A stretch of 64,000 bases of DNA from Octopus vulgaris (GCA_951406725.2 OX597823.1:57536001-57600000), one strand, 5' to 3'; positions 1 through 13,560 are shown, counted from the stretch's first letter. Notes: a model not told the origin generated them from the letters alone. Numbers and translations: made by a program.

Positions 1-203
1 ATGTAGACAGGTAGACACTCGCAGACACACACACAGATATATGTATAATTATACATGACCAATCAGTGTGTAGTATCACTCAATTACTTAAGCTGATTGG
101 TTGGTTGAGCTGATTGGTTTAGGCATCACGCTTTGTTGGACAGGTCAAGAGTCCTGAATAATATTAACGGTAATAATAAAATAATAATGATGATGATGAT
201 GAT

Positions 204-288
<85 letters not shown>

Positions 289-766
289 TAATTATAATAA
301 TAATAATGATATATTACTATATATATACATGTATGTATGTATGTATGTATGTATGTATGTATGTATGTATGTATGTATGTATGTATGTATGTATGTGTTA
401 TATTGCAATGCTAAGTATATACATTATCAGACACTTGTCAAGGGTAATGATGTGTTTGGTCTCGATACAACTTTGCTAATGTTTTCTTATGTTTCCTAAT
501 GTATATGACAAATATTATTCATACAAATGTGTATACATACACTCAGATATATATATATATAGACAGACATATATGTTCATATACACATATCTATAAACAT
601 GCGTGTAAGTATATAAATATATAATTAGATGATCTATTACATATGTATATAAATATATACACATACGAGTAGATATATGTGTGAATATAATATGTGTGTG
701 TGTACATACATATATATATATATATACATACAAATAAATGTATGTTATATATATTTACGTTATGTA

Positions 767-804
<38 letters not shown>

Positions 805-1089
805 GTGAGTGTCAGGGATTTATTATAAATATATAAATATATATATATTTATATATACATATATATATATATATACATATATATAACACACATATATGTA
901 TGTATATATATACGTATGTAGACAGGTAGACACTCGCAGACACACACACACAGATATATGTATAATTATACATAATATATGTGAACATATATATGTATTT
1001 ATCTATAACTATACACATATTAGGTCTCTATGTAATAATGATAATAATATTAACGGTAATAATAAAATAATAATGATGATGATGATGAT

Positions 1090-1175
<86 letters not shown>

Positions 1176-1658
1176 TAATTATAATAATAATAATGATATA
1201 TTACTATATATATACATGTATGTATGTATGTATGTATGTATGTATGTATGTATGTATGTATGTATGTATGTATGTATGTATGTATGTATGTGTTATATTG
1301 CAATGTAGAGTATACATATAGACACTTGTCAAGGGTAATGATGTGTTTGGTCTCGATACAACTTTGCTAATGTTTTCTTATGTTTCCTAATGTATATGAC
1401 AAATATTATTCATACAAATGTGTATACATACACTCAGATATATATATATATAGACAGACATATATGTTCATATACACATATCTATAAACATGCGTGTAAG
1501 TATATAAATATATAATTAGATGATCTATTACATATGTATATAAATATATACACATACGAGTAGATATGTGTGTGAATATAATATGTGTGTGTGTACATAC
1601 ATACATATATATATATACATACAAATAAATGTATGTTTATATATTTATATGTCTGTGT

Positions 1659-1711
<53 letters not shown>

Positions 1712-1750
1712 GTGAGTGTCAGGGATTTATTATAAATATATAAATATATA
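1..1750. repeat. ~0.9 kb tandem duplication (two copies, microsatellite-rich)
   Basis: atgtagacaggtagacactc at 1 and 916; agacacttgtcaagggtaatgatgtg at 429 and 1320; tatgtgagtgtcagggatttattataaata near 802 and 1709. Unique spacers are near-identical and microsatellite lengths differ. Confidence 0.9.
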
Positions 1751-1781
1751 TATATATACATACGTTCTATATATATATAAC

Positions 1782-1832
<51 letters not shown>

Positions 1833-1858
1833 CAAAAGTATATGGATGCATATATACA

Positions 1859-1913
<55 letters not shown>

Positions 1914-2470
1914 CACATACATATACATATATATATATACAGACATACACACACATATATGTATATATTTATTTTATATATATGTATTTATATCTGTATA
2001 TGTATATATATATACATATATATATATAATATGTATGCACATATGTGTGTGCGTGTTTGAGTGTATTAGTATAACGATATGTATATATATAGGATAATTG
2101 CTCACTTGTATATGCTATCGTCATATACAAATCTATGATTGAGTGTAGAGTATTATATAAATAAGAGAGTGAGTATAATTTTATTTACACAGGAATGAAT
2201 GTTCATATACTTTTATTTTATATGAATATCAAGGCCGGAATACTGTATATAGAATATACTATATAATATATATGTGTTTATCTCTATATTTATATCTACA
2301 TTTATTTGTCTGACTGTTTATGTATGTATGTATGTATGTATGTATGTATGTATGTATGTATGTATGTATGTATCTATCTGTCTGTCTGTCTGTCTATCTC
2401 TCTATCTATCTATCTATGCATCTATCTATCTATCTACCTTTCTCACTCTCTCTCTCTCCTCTCTATCTAA

Positions 2471-2540
<70 letters not shown>

Positions 2541-2586
2541 GTCTGTCTGTCTCTCATCCTCATTCTCTCCTCTCTATCTCTCTCTC

Positions 2587-2627
<41 letters not shown>

Positions 2628-2887
2628 ATAGGTATATACATATATAGATATATACAAATATACATGTGCACGCTCACATAGCCAGAGAGGAAAACTTACA
2701 ATGGATCGTCAATTAAGAATATAGTCATTTTCAGTTTATACACCTATGAATACACCAACGTACATACAGTCATACAAAAAACAAGTTACACCTCAACGCA
2801 CACACCTATATATACAAGCATACAAAATTAATATTGTATAAATACCCCCCCCCCACACACACACATTGACACATACACCAACATGTA

Positions 2888-3044
2888 GGCGCAAGTGTGG
2901 CTGAGTGGCAAGAAGTTAGCTTTCGAACCACACAGGTCCGGTTTCCGTTTCACTGTGTGGCAGGTCGAACAAGTAACTTCTACTGTATTACCCACTCAAA
3001 CACAGGCCTTGTGAGTAGATTTGTTAAACGGGAACTAAAAGACG

Positions 3045-3100
<56 letters not shown>
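2888..3100 (+). mobile_element. SINE family A, diverged 5' half
   Basis: tRNA-like head ggcgcaagtgtggctgagtgg, then gccttgtgagtagattt...ggaactaaaagacg and (TA)n(TG)n, matching the copies at 35394 and 63855. Confidence 0.7.
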
Positions 3101-3142
<42 letters not shown>

Positions 3143-3310
3143 TATATACATATACAAGCATATATATACGTGCACACATACATACACACACACACATATG
3201 TGTCATTGTGTATACGTGTAGACGTAGGTGTGGCTGTGTGGTATGTAGCTTGCTTACCAACCACATGGTTCTGGGTTCAGTCCCACCGCGTCAGGCTTCT
3301 ATCAGTTTCT

Positions 3311-3678
3311 TATTTCTTTATTGCCCACAAGGGGCTACACACAGAATCGACCTTGGCGGAATTTGAACTCATAACGTACCGGCAGATGAAATAACTATTT
3401 CTTTACTACCCACAAGGGGCTAAACACAGAGAGGACAAACAAGGACAGACAAACGGATTAAGTCGATCATATCGATCTCAGTGTGTAACTGGTACTTAAT
3501 TTATCGACCCCGAAAGGATGAAAGGCAAAGTCGACCTCGGCGGAATTTGAACTCAGAACGTAGCGGCAGACGAAATACCTATTTCTTTACTACCCACAAG
3601 GGGCAGATCGTAACGGCAGACAAAATACGGCTACGCATTTTTCCCGGCGTGCTAACGTTTCTGCCACCTCGCCGACTT
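3311..3678 (-). mobile_element. SINE family B trimer inserted in a family A copy
   Basis: Three B tails (tatttcttta..cccacaagggg) with one head (ctcgccgactt); flanked by cttctatcagtttct at 3296-3310 and 3676-3690 (TSD). Confidence 0.9.
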
Positions 3679-4598
3679 CTATCAGTTTCTGCCTACCAAA
3701 TGCATTCACAAAGTGTTATCCATCCGGGTCACTAGTAGAAAAAGTTCCCTAAAGTGCCATGCAGTGGACCTGACTGAACCTTATAACCGTGTGTTCGTGA
3801 CACAAACTTATTATACAGCCACGAGTGTGTGAGTTTAACCATCTAAATAGCATACTTAAGATATACAACCAGTCGATAGTCCAGGTACAATATTTGTGCT
3901 ACGATAACATCTCTGATAGACTTGCTCTGAACAAAATATCAGAGAATAACCAAGATTCATCCCAGCAACAGCCAGCCAAGGTGAGAGTTATCTGTCAGCA
4001 TTTCAAAGCTTTTTGAATGGCACGTGTTTGCAGCCCACCATAAGTTCTTACCAAAATACGTTGTCTCTCGTGCAGGAAAAAGTGAGTGAAGTATTCACTA
4101 TTTCTATCTCGCGACAAATACTACGGTAATTAGCATATCTATATAGATGGCTATGATAATTAGATAATGTCTTACTTGCGTATATGGAATTGTTAATCAG
4201 TTAGGCGGCTATTTGCAATATACGTACGTGTTTTATTCACCTTTGCCTATAGCAGAAGCGACGAATTCTCGTTCAGTGATATTGCTGGGTGCGACTAACT
4301 GCCATTGTAAAGGGTCGAAAAGCACCAAAATACCACTGGCAAATTTGGACGGTGTGTCTCCAACTTGGACGAATTTTCGTCGTTCTCTCTCTTCTTCTTC
4401 TCTCTACTCCCACTCTCTCCACCCCCACTCTCTCTAACCTCCTCTTTCTACCCCCCTCTCCCTGATGCATTTTAAACTTGGTTTCATTAAAAACGTGTTG
4501 TGTTTTTAACTTCGCTAGTCAATAGCAGATGCTAGTTCAGGACGCTACAATTTTGTAGTAAATTCTGTCTCAGTTACTTATTCCGAGCCATTTACATA

Positions 4599-4856
4599 TG
4601 ATTTGCCTTGATTTGATCCAGTTTCAGTTCATGAGCTGTGGTCATACTGGGGCACCGCCATTTGGTGATGCTACATAATTTTACTTCATTAATTCTTTTC
4701 AGAAATTATTGTTTGGTGCATAAGAGAGTTTGATGCCGCTGCCCTCATCTGCACTTCCTGCTGTGAAGTTGGTTCATCTGGGACTCTTGAAAGTGAGAGG
4801 TCTAGTTTCATTTTGAAGACATCTACATCCACCTCATGTCCTTCGGGAGGATATTA
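4599..4856 (-). mobile_element. CR1-like LINE 3' fragment (ORF2 C-terminus and 3' UTR)
   Basis: Minus strand translates NILPKDMR..VDVDVFKMKLDLSLSRVPDEPTSQQEVQMRAAASNSLMHQ, the FK.KLD..L..VPDEP...SNSL pattern of invertebrate CR1-type ORF2 ends. Followed by a short UTR and atcaa-like terminal repeats. Confidence 0.75.
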
Positions 4857-5439
4857 CCTACTTGGTTGGTATATATATATATATAACCTTGGTTAAAATG
4901 AAATGACTTTGCTTCCAAACTCCATGTCTTCAAGCCAATGTGGCTGCACATGTACCCTGTTGAGTAACGTAATAAGGGCTCTCGTGTTTCTCCTTATGTC
5001 TGCTCCCTGAATTGTCCAACCATTCTACTCGGTATTCCTTCTCTTTCAACAAAACCTATGTTGATTGTATTCTTGGTCTCATTCCGTGAACTTGCCACTG
5101 TTCACTAGAAGTATTCGCCATATAAACTTCATAAGTCTCCGATGGCTTACAGTTGCCACGGGCTCCAATTTCTCCCTCTAATCCAGACCATTAAAATTAT
5201 GAATATCGCTTTTCTGTCACTCTATCTATCTATCTATCTATGTATCTGTATATATATATATATATATATATTAATATATATATATATATATAACTTTATA
5301 TATAAGTACGTGTATCCATCCATACATTCATCCATACACACACAAACACACACACACAGAGGCACACACATGTACATTTCCATAAGTGTACACGCACACA
5401 TCGAACGAATGAAGATACCTGGATATCTGTTTATGTAAG

Positions 5440-5476
<37 letters not shown>

Positions 5477-5974
5477 ATGTATATGTATGTATATATATTT
5501 ATATATATATATATATAAGCAAAGACGCACGCACTCACACACATACACAAACATTTATATTATGTGTGTTTGTATGTGTCTGTGCATCGATTTACACAGA
5601 AAAACACACATAAGCATTAACATACAATTTAGAAATTGATAAATGAATATGAAAAATAATAAAATAACACATTACCACATAAAATCATAATTATAATACG
5701 AAATGTTACAAACAATTACTTCATTAAATATATAATTAATTAATAATTATTTTTACTTCATTAAAGAACTAGTTAATCAAACAAACAATCTGTAATTATG
5801 TGCTCGCTACGTATTCGAGGCTGTTGACATAAGGAAGCAAATAATTTACCATTCTACATATCAAATATCTATGAATATGTATAGAGTGAACATTATAGCG
5901 TTATGTATCTCTATCTCTCCCCACTCCGCACCACCACCACCTCTACACCATTACCTATCAACGTATTGTGGTTG

Positions 5975-7290
5975 TTGTGGCAGAATGTGCTATTGTATCG
6001 TACCTGTTAATCTAACGCAATTATAAATATTCTGAGTTCGCCACCTGCTGAGGGCAACTTTAATCATTGTCCTTTCGGGTTCGATAAAATACATTTGTAT
6101 TAAGGCGATGCGTCAGTGGAAAAAAGCTAGAGCGTCAAATAAGATGCTCTGCGTTATTTCTTCTGGATGATTCTGTTCTAGTTTCGAATCCCGCCCAGGT
6201 CAACATTAATTTTCTTCCTTCCGGGGTCAATAAAATACTGCTTTTGTACGAAGGCGATATGTTGCGGAAAAGCTAGACCGTCAAACAAGATGCTATGCGC
6301 TATTTCTTCTGGCAGATTCTGTTTTGATTTCAAATCTCGCCGAGGTCAACTTTTATTTATTTCCTTTCCAGGTCGTCGATAATATGTAACAATTCGTTGG
6401 TAGAAATGCTAGAGTTTGACTAGATAGCATGCGATGTTTCGTTTGATTCCGTTCAGATTTCAAATCCTACAGAAAACAAATTAATTTTCATCTTTTTGTT
6501 TGATAAAATATATTCTTGTTCTAAGGCGGCGAACTGGCAGAAACGTTTGCACGCCGGGCGAAATGCGTAGCCGTATTTCGTCTGCCTTTACGTTCTAGTT
6601 CAAATTCCACCGAGGTCGACTTTGCCATTCATCCTATCGGGTTCGATAAATTAAGAACCAGTTATGCACTGGGGTCGATATATTCGACTTAATCCGTTTG
6701 TCTGTCCTTGTTTGACCTCTCTGTGTTTAGCTTCTTGTGGGTAGTAAAGAAATAGGTATTTCACCTGCCGTTACGTTCTGAGATCTAAATCCGTCGAGGT
6801 CGACTTTGCCTTTCATTCTTTAGGGCTCGATAAATTAAGTACCAGTTGCGTACTGGGGTCAATGTAATCGACTTAATCCCTTTTTCTGTTTGTCCCCTCT
6901 ATGTTTAGCCCCTTGTAGGCAATAAAGAAATAGGAAACGCTAGAGAATCAGACGAGATATAATGCAATATTTCGTTTGACTGATTCCGTCCTGAGTTCAA
7001 ATACTACCGAAGTTAGCTTTGCTTCTTATTCTCCTGGGATTTATAAAACATTGTCCCTCTCTAAGGCAAAACGCTAGATAGTAGGACAAAAAAGTATGCG
7101 GTATTTCGTTTGCCTGATTCCGATCCTAGTTCAAATCCCGCCGAAGGCGATTCCACTTTTCATCCTTGAGAGGTCGATAAAATAAAGGTTCGTTCAAGGG
7201 CAGTGGAGTGACTGAAACATTAAAGTATTGAACGAGTAATCGACTTAGCCCCTCCCTCGTACATGCATTTTGCTTCTGAATTCAAATCCG
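5975..7290 (+). repeat. Degenerate tandem array of ~140-150 bp SINE-B-like monomers (head and core, no tail)
   Basis: Recurring aaggc..gaaa(a/c)gctagag..tatttc..gttcaaatc..gtcaac..ttcatcct..gataaaata units starting near 5978, 6101, 6251, 6397, 6934, 7062 and 7195. Confidence 0.7.
6523..6932 (+). mobile_element. SINE family B dimer (young)
   Basis: Head aaggcggcgaactggcagaaacg, B-box-like gttcaaattcc, core gtcgactttgccattcatcctatcggg..gataaattaag, tail ending aaagaaata; second unit starts at ggtatttc. Confidence 0.9.
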
Positions 7291-7513
7291 GCCATGGTCA
7301 ACTAAGATGGTTGAACAGTGGCTCTCAAGCATATGGCCAATGGGTGTCCACATACGATTTTGTTGTTAAAATTTATCTCCAATAAATTGGTTGTACTTTT
7401 ATAATACATAAAATATTTGATCTCAGATCAGGTCACTTGCTATGCAAGTACATCTCCGTAATTTTAATAATTATTTTTATACAATTACTTACAATAATCA
7501 ATTATAAAAATAA

Positions 7514-7875
<362 letters not shown>

Positions 7876-8199
7876 AGAGGATTATTTTAAACATCAGATG
7901 GTCAGAGGTATACACCGGAGTAAAATAGACATGAAAAAGCTCCATAGGTAAAAAAAAAAAAATACTTCAGAAACGCTGTGGTAGACTTAATCCATTGCGC
8001 GGTTACCACGATCACCACGATCACCACCAACAAAAACGTCTTTGGCAAAATCTAGCGGGAGTTCACTCTGGTGCAAGAATTTACGGCACATGTCTAGATT
8101 TTGAATAACTCCCATCCCAACTCTCTCAAGCCAATCAGTCTCCCGGGCGTTGTAAAAAGAGCCGTCTTTATACTATGCATTGGGGCCTATTGTCTTTTA

Positions 8200-8433
8200 T
8201 CTTATATTCTTTTAATGTTTCAGTCGTTAGACTGCGGCTATGATCGAGCACAGCCTTCCAGAAGTTTCAGACGAACGAATCGACACCAGCACTTATTATT
8301 CATTTTAAGCTTAGTGCTTATTCTATTGGTCTCTTTTGCCAGACCGCTAAGTTACGAGTACGTAAACTCACCCACATCGGTTGTCAAGCGGTGATGGTGC
8401 AAACACAGATGCACAGACACACACAAATACACG

Positions 8434-8477
<44 letters not shown>

Positions 8478-8480
8478 CAC
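8200..8480 (-). mobile_element. SINE family A, 3' half
   Basis: tgtttcagtcgttagactgcggctatg..cggttgtcaagcggtg then (CA)n. Confidence 0.75.
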
Positions 8481-8633
8481 ACAAATACAGATAAACCATG
8501 AAAAGTCACGAGGTATGAGAGGTGAGTATATATATTTAACCACTTGCTATACGTAAGATTATGGCCGGTTCGCAGACTTCATAACCTTATAATAATTTCA
8601 GTGTATAATAAATCATATTTGCATGTCAGCACT

Positions 8634-8866
8634 GTGGAGACGCAATGGCCCAATAGTTAGGGCAGTGGACTCACGGTTGGAGGACCGCGGTTTCGATTAT
8701 TGAGCGAAAACACCTAAAGCTCCCCTGTTGTACTCTTTCGCCCCAACTTTCTCTCACTCTTTCTTCCTGTTCATGAGTAACGCTGCGTCCCGTCCAGTTG
8801 GGGGGAACACATACGCCATAGAAACCGGGCCCATGAGCCTGGCTAGGCTTGAAAAGGGCGCATGAA
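8634..8866 (+). mobile_element. tRNA-derived SINE (family C-related variant)
   Basis: tggcccaatagttagggcagtggactcac..ggtttcgatt head; tail gcgtcccgtccag..gaaaccgggcccatgag resembles the tail of the 47548-47794 copy. Confidence 0.55.
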
Positions 8867-9340
8867 TAAAAAAAAATGTCCGCACTAAAATGCATGCGTT
8901 TCAGATTGAATTTCGCTGCTAAATGCAATGTTCTGCTCTGACTGTGTGGTTGTTTTGAAGTCTTTCATAATAGATTATCTCCTTCCTAATCCCACTAAAC
9001 ACAAACCCTTGTCTCGCGTGGAAGCCGCTCTTGCTTGGATCAAATTGTTGTTGGTTGGTACTCAGTCATTCGTCCCTTTGCTTTCTGGTGCTCCAGCATG
9101 ACCGCAACTTAAAGATGGCATAAATTAAAAAGTTTATAACATTATTTAAGGACAACATTTTTAATCGTCGGTGACGATGCGGTAAAGAAATATGTGCCTA
9201 CGAGTATCGTAGTGTTGAGCGAGGAAAATGGCGGTGATAGAAGTGCGTGGGATTTGTTTCTTTCCGTCAGATTGTGTAGCACCCAAGCACCAAGATATTG
9301 GACGTTAGCTATCGAGTGAATGTGACACTCAACGAGAACA

Positions 9341-9560
9341 GCGGCGAGCTGGCAGAAACGTTAGCACGCCGGGCGAAATGCGTAACTGTATTTCGTCTGC
9401 CGTTACGTTCTGAGTTCAAATTCCGCCGAGGTCGACTTTTCCTTTCATCCTTTCGGGGTCTATAAATTAAGTACCAGTTACACACTGGGGTCGATATAAT
9501 CGACTTAATCCCTTTGTTTGTCCACTCTGTATTTGGCCCCTTGTGGGTAGTAAAGAAATA
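9341..9560 (+). mobile_element. SINE family B monomer
   Basis: Head, core and tail 1 ending ccccttgtgggtagtaaagaaata. Confidence 0.9.
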
Positions 9561-10189
9561 GATAACATGAGATATAATGGACCATTTCCCTCGTGAATTG
9601 GCTCGGTTCTTCGTAGATGTGCACGTGCAGTCAACGCTCATTGAATTGTATAGGTCGGCAGAGACGCTAAGCGTCAGCGATATCGAATTCTTCCTCCTTA
9701 AAGCGCGAAAGCCATTTCTGAGCAGTTCTTTCAAGTAATAGTGTCTTCTATGTACACAGTATAAATGTTCTGAGTGATTTTGGCAGCTTCGGAAACTTAA
9801 CTAAAAAAGCCTAGAGAAGGTAAGGAAAATGTTCATTTCTTTTCTTCTACTTGGCATTCCATCGTCATGTCTGAAAAGAGACAAAAATTTATTCAAATTA
9901 CAAAATAACAAAAAAAAAATTCGAGCTGTAGAACAAGACTGGAGTCAAAAAACAGTAAAACACTGCATTTGTCACCTTACCATTGTTGGCCAAATTTTTT
10001 GGGGTTGGTTTACGTCTTCAAAATCTAGATGTCTGGTTGCAGAGAGCGATAGAATAAGTACTTTAAAAAACTATGGAGACTGATTTGTTTTATTAAAACC
10101 CCTCCAGGTGCGTGTGCAAGCATGGCTGCAGTCCGATGACTGAAAAGAAAAGGGATAAAAGATATGTATGAATCTAGATATATGTACGG

Positions 10190-10241
<52 letters not shown>

Positions 10242-10360
10242 GAATGTATGTATATGGATATATATATATATATGTATGGAAATATGTATTTATGTATACA
10301 TATATCTGTGCATAAATATATGCATATATATATACAGGCGTATCTCTATGTGTGTGCATG

Positions 10361-10424
<64 letters not shown>

Positions 10425-10860
10425 TGTGTGTGCGTGTGCGCGCGGGTGTGTATGTGTGTGCGTCGAATAAATGCAAATTAGTATTCACAACACTATCTTC
10501 ATTGTTTATTTCACTTCAGTCTACATCAGTAATGAGTAGTTTTTCGACATTGTTGCATTGAGTTTCTGGGTTAAAATTCTACTAACTTTAACTCTGCCGT
10601 TCCTTTCGTCGGGGTGGGGTGGGGTGGGTGGGCAATTAAGAAAATAAAGTAGCATTTACTTGGGTAAATGAAATTTACTCTTTTCCGTGAAACTTTTTGA
10701 CTTTGTCCCTAAACTGTATCTATTTCTTTCCGTACTTCTACCTGTGTCTGTTTGTTTTTCTGTCTGTCTGTCAGTATAGAATGTATGTATGTATGTATGT
10801 ATGTATGTATGCATGTATGCATGTATGTATGTATGTATGTATGTATGTATGTATGTGATT

Positions 10861-11190
10861 GCGCATGACTCAGTGGTTAGAGCGTCGAGCTTACAACCGT
10901 GAGGTTGTGAGTTCGATTCTCGGACCGGACTGCGTGTAATGTTCTTGAGCAAGGCACTTTATTTCACGTTGCTCCTGTTAACTGAGCTGTAGAAATGAGT
11001 TGCAGCATCACTGGTGCCAAGCTGTATCGGCCTTTGGTATTTCTCTTAGATAACATCAGTGGTGTGGAGAGAGGAGGCTGGTATGGATGGGCGACTGCTA
11101 GTCTTCCATAAACAACCTTGTGTCTCCGAGGGTAACTTTCTAGGTGCAATCCCATGGTCATTCATGACCGAAGGAGAGGGGGCGGGTCTC
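10861..11190 (+). mobile_element. SINE family C (tRNA head with CORE-like central domain)
   Basis: A box tgactcagtgg, B box gttcgattct, then ttcttgagcaaggcactttatttcacgttgctcc..gctgtagaaatg resembling the CORE-SINE domain; tail cccatggtcattcatgaccgaagg. Confidence 0.8.
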
Positions 11191-11224
11191 CTATGTATGT
11201 ATGTATGTAAAATGGGTAAATACA

Positions 11225-11523
11225 CCCTTCGGTCATGAATGACGATAGGATCGCAAATAGGAAGTTCCCTTCCGAGGTTCAAAGCCGGGAAAGTTTGTTT
11301 TTAGAAGACCAGCAATCGCCTTTGTATACTGATGTTGTCCAAGGGAATTGCAAAGGTCGACAGAGCTTGGCACCAGTGGACGTCGCCATCCGTTTCTGCT
11401 GCTGAGTGAACTTGAGTAACGTGAAATAAAGTCTATTGCTCAAGAGCACATCAGACAGCCCTGTCCAGGAATCGAATTCACTTGTGAGCCCGAAACTCTA
11501 AACACTGAGCCATGCGCCTTCAC
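11225..11523 (-). mobile_element. SINE family C, inverted relative to 10861-11190
   Basis: ccttcggtcatgaatgac..cgtgaaataaagt..ttgctcaaga..ggaatcgaa..cactgagccatgcgcc. Confidence 0.8.
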
Positions 11524-11814
11524 TGCATATATATAGAGGTGTATGAACGTATTTGTTTAAGCATGTATGTATAATCATACATTTAAAACAGAACTCGGTC
11601 AAAATTCCACTCTGAGTTTTTATTCAATTAACCGAATGACAAGACTCATTAGTGGGTGTATATAAGTATGTGTGTGTATTTACGCATGCATGCACTGTGT
11701 ATGTATCTGACTTTCAATATATATATATATATATATATATGCGCGTGAGATATATGTAATGTACGGTTATATAGTGTAAAATATATATTTATATAGCATT
11801 CACACACATCTTCT

Positions 11815-12210
11815 TTTTTTTAAATTTCAGTCATTAGATTGTGGCCATGCTGGGACACCAGCTTCAAGAAATACAGTGAGTATTTTTCTAGAGCCTGGTA
11901 GTTATTCTATCGGACTCTTTTGCCTTACCGCTAGGTTACGTCGACGTAAAAAAGAACGCTTATCAAGTGGTGGTGTGGGAACAAACACATACACACGCGC
12001 GCGCACACACAAACATAAACACGCATGCATACACATGCACACACAGATGACGGGCTTCTTTCAGTTTCCGTCTTCCAAATTAACTCATAAGGCCCTGGTT
12101 GGCAGGAGGCTACAGCAGAAGCAATTTGCCCACAGTGCCACGCTGTAGGACTGAACCTGGAACCATGTGGCTGGGAGGAAAATTATTTACCACGCAGCCA
12201 TGCCTGCACC
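11815..12210 (-). mobile_element. SINE family A
   Basis: tttcagtcattagattgtggccatgctgg..cgggcttctttcagtttccg..accacgcagccatgcctgcacc. Confidence 0.8.
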
Positions 12211-12214
12211 TACA

Positions 12215-12254
<40 letters not shown>

Positions 12255-12264
12255 TCTCTCTCCT

Positions 12265-12327
<63 letters not shown>

Positions 12328-12505
12328 GTGTGTATGTACATACGTACATATGTATGTATGTATGTATGTATGTATTTATGTATGTATGTATGTTTGTATG
12401 TATGTATGTATTTATGTATGTATGCATTTATACACAGGGAAAGCTACACAAACATGAAAATCACGACATGCATTTAAATTCGTATAACCGCGATACATAT
12501 ATATA

Positions 12506-12714
12506 TACTCTTTTACGCTTTTACTTGTTTCAGTCATTTGACTGCGGCCATGCTGGAGCACCGCCTTTAGTCGAGCAAATCGATCCCGGGACTTATTCTT
12601 TGTAAGCCCAGTACTTATTCGAACCGCTAAGTGACGGTGACGTAAACACACCAGCATCGGTTGTCAAGCAATGCTAGGGGGACAAACACAGACACACAAA
12701 CACATACACACACA

Positions 12715-12760
<46 letters not shown>

Positions 12761-12884
12761 AAATCCACTCACAAGGCATTGGTCGGCCCGGGGCTATAGC
12801 AGATGAGACTTGCCCAAGATGTCATGCAGTGGGACTGAACCCGGAACCATGTTGTTGGTAAGCAAGCTACTTACCACACAGCCA

Positions 12885-12887
<3 letters not shown>
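12506..12887 (-). mobile_element. SINE family A (young)
   Basis: Near-identical to the reverse complement of 35394-35852 and to 38521-38900. Confidence 0.9.
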
Positions 12888-12930
<43 letters not shown>

Positions 12931-13004
12931 GCTGCAAGTCCTCTACAGCAAATTGAATTTTCAATTTTGCTTGTAGGGGCTAATAACGTTGTCTGTACAT
13001 ATAC

Positions 13005-13051
<47 letters not shown>

Positions 13052-13194
13052 TATGCATACATGCATACATGCATACGTACACACACACACACACACACAC
13101 GCACACACACACACTCATATATATATATATGTATACATTTATATGTATATACATTGTCTGAATATATATATCTGTAAAAAAATATATATATACA

Positions 13195-13427
13195 TATTTC
13201 TTTACTGCCTACAAGGGGCTAAACATAGAGGGGACGAACAAGGACAGACAAAGGGATTAAGTCGATTACATCGACCCCAGTGCGTAACTGGTACTTTATT
13301 TATCTACCCCGAAAGGATGAAAGGCAAAGTCGACCTCGGCGGAATTTGAACTCAGAACGTAACGGCAGACGAAATACGGCTACGTATTTCGCCCGGCGTG
13401 CTAATGTTTCTGCCAGCTCACCGCCTT
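13195..13427 (-). mobile_element. SINE family B monomer
   Basis: tatttctttactgcctacaaggggct..gccagctcaccgcctt. Confidence 0.9.
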
Positions 13428-13560
13428 CAAATATATATCATATTGATATATATATGTGTGTATGTACGTATGCATCTATGCATGCATGCATATATATATG
13501 TATATATATCTATATGCGTGCGTGTGCATGTGTGTCTGTTCACAGTAACACATGTATGTA

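Noticed and set aside
3886-3990. Possible small plus-strand exon ending CCAAG/GTGAG
   Set aside because: Donor-like site, but no polypyrimidine acceptor, no recognisable peptide and no partner exons.
4170-4470. Possible non-coding first exon on the minus strand (donor-like caa/gtaag near 4171-4178)
   Set aside because: Only one short motif in unique sequence; cannot be supported without RNA data.
10861-10935. tRNA gene candidates in SINE heads
   Set aside because: A and B boxes are present but I cannot fold a full cloverleaf with acceptor stem, and the heads run into SINE bodies.
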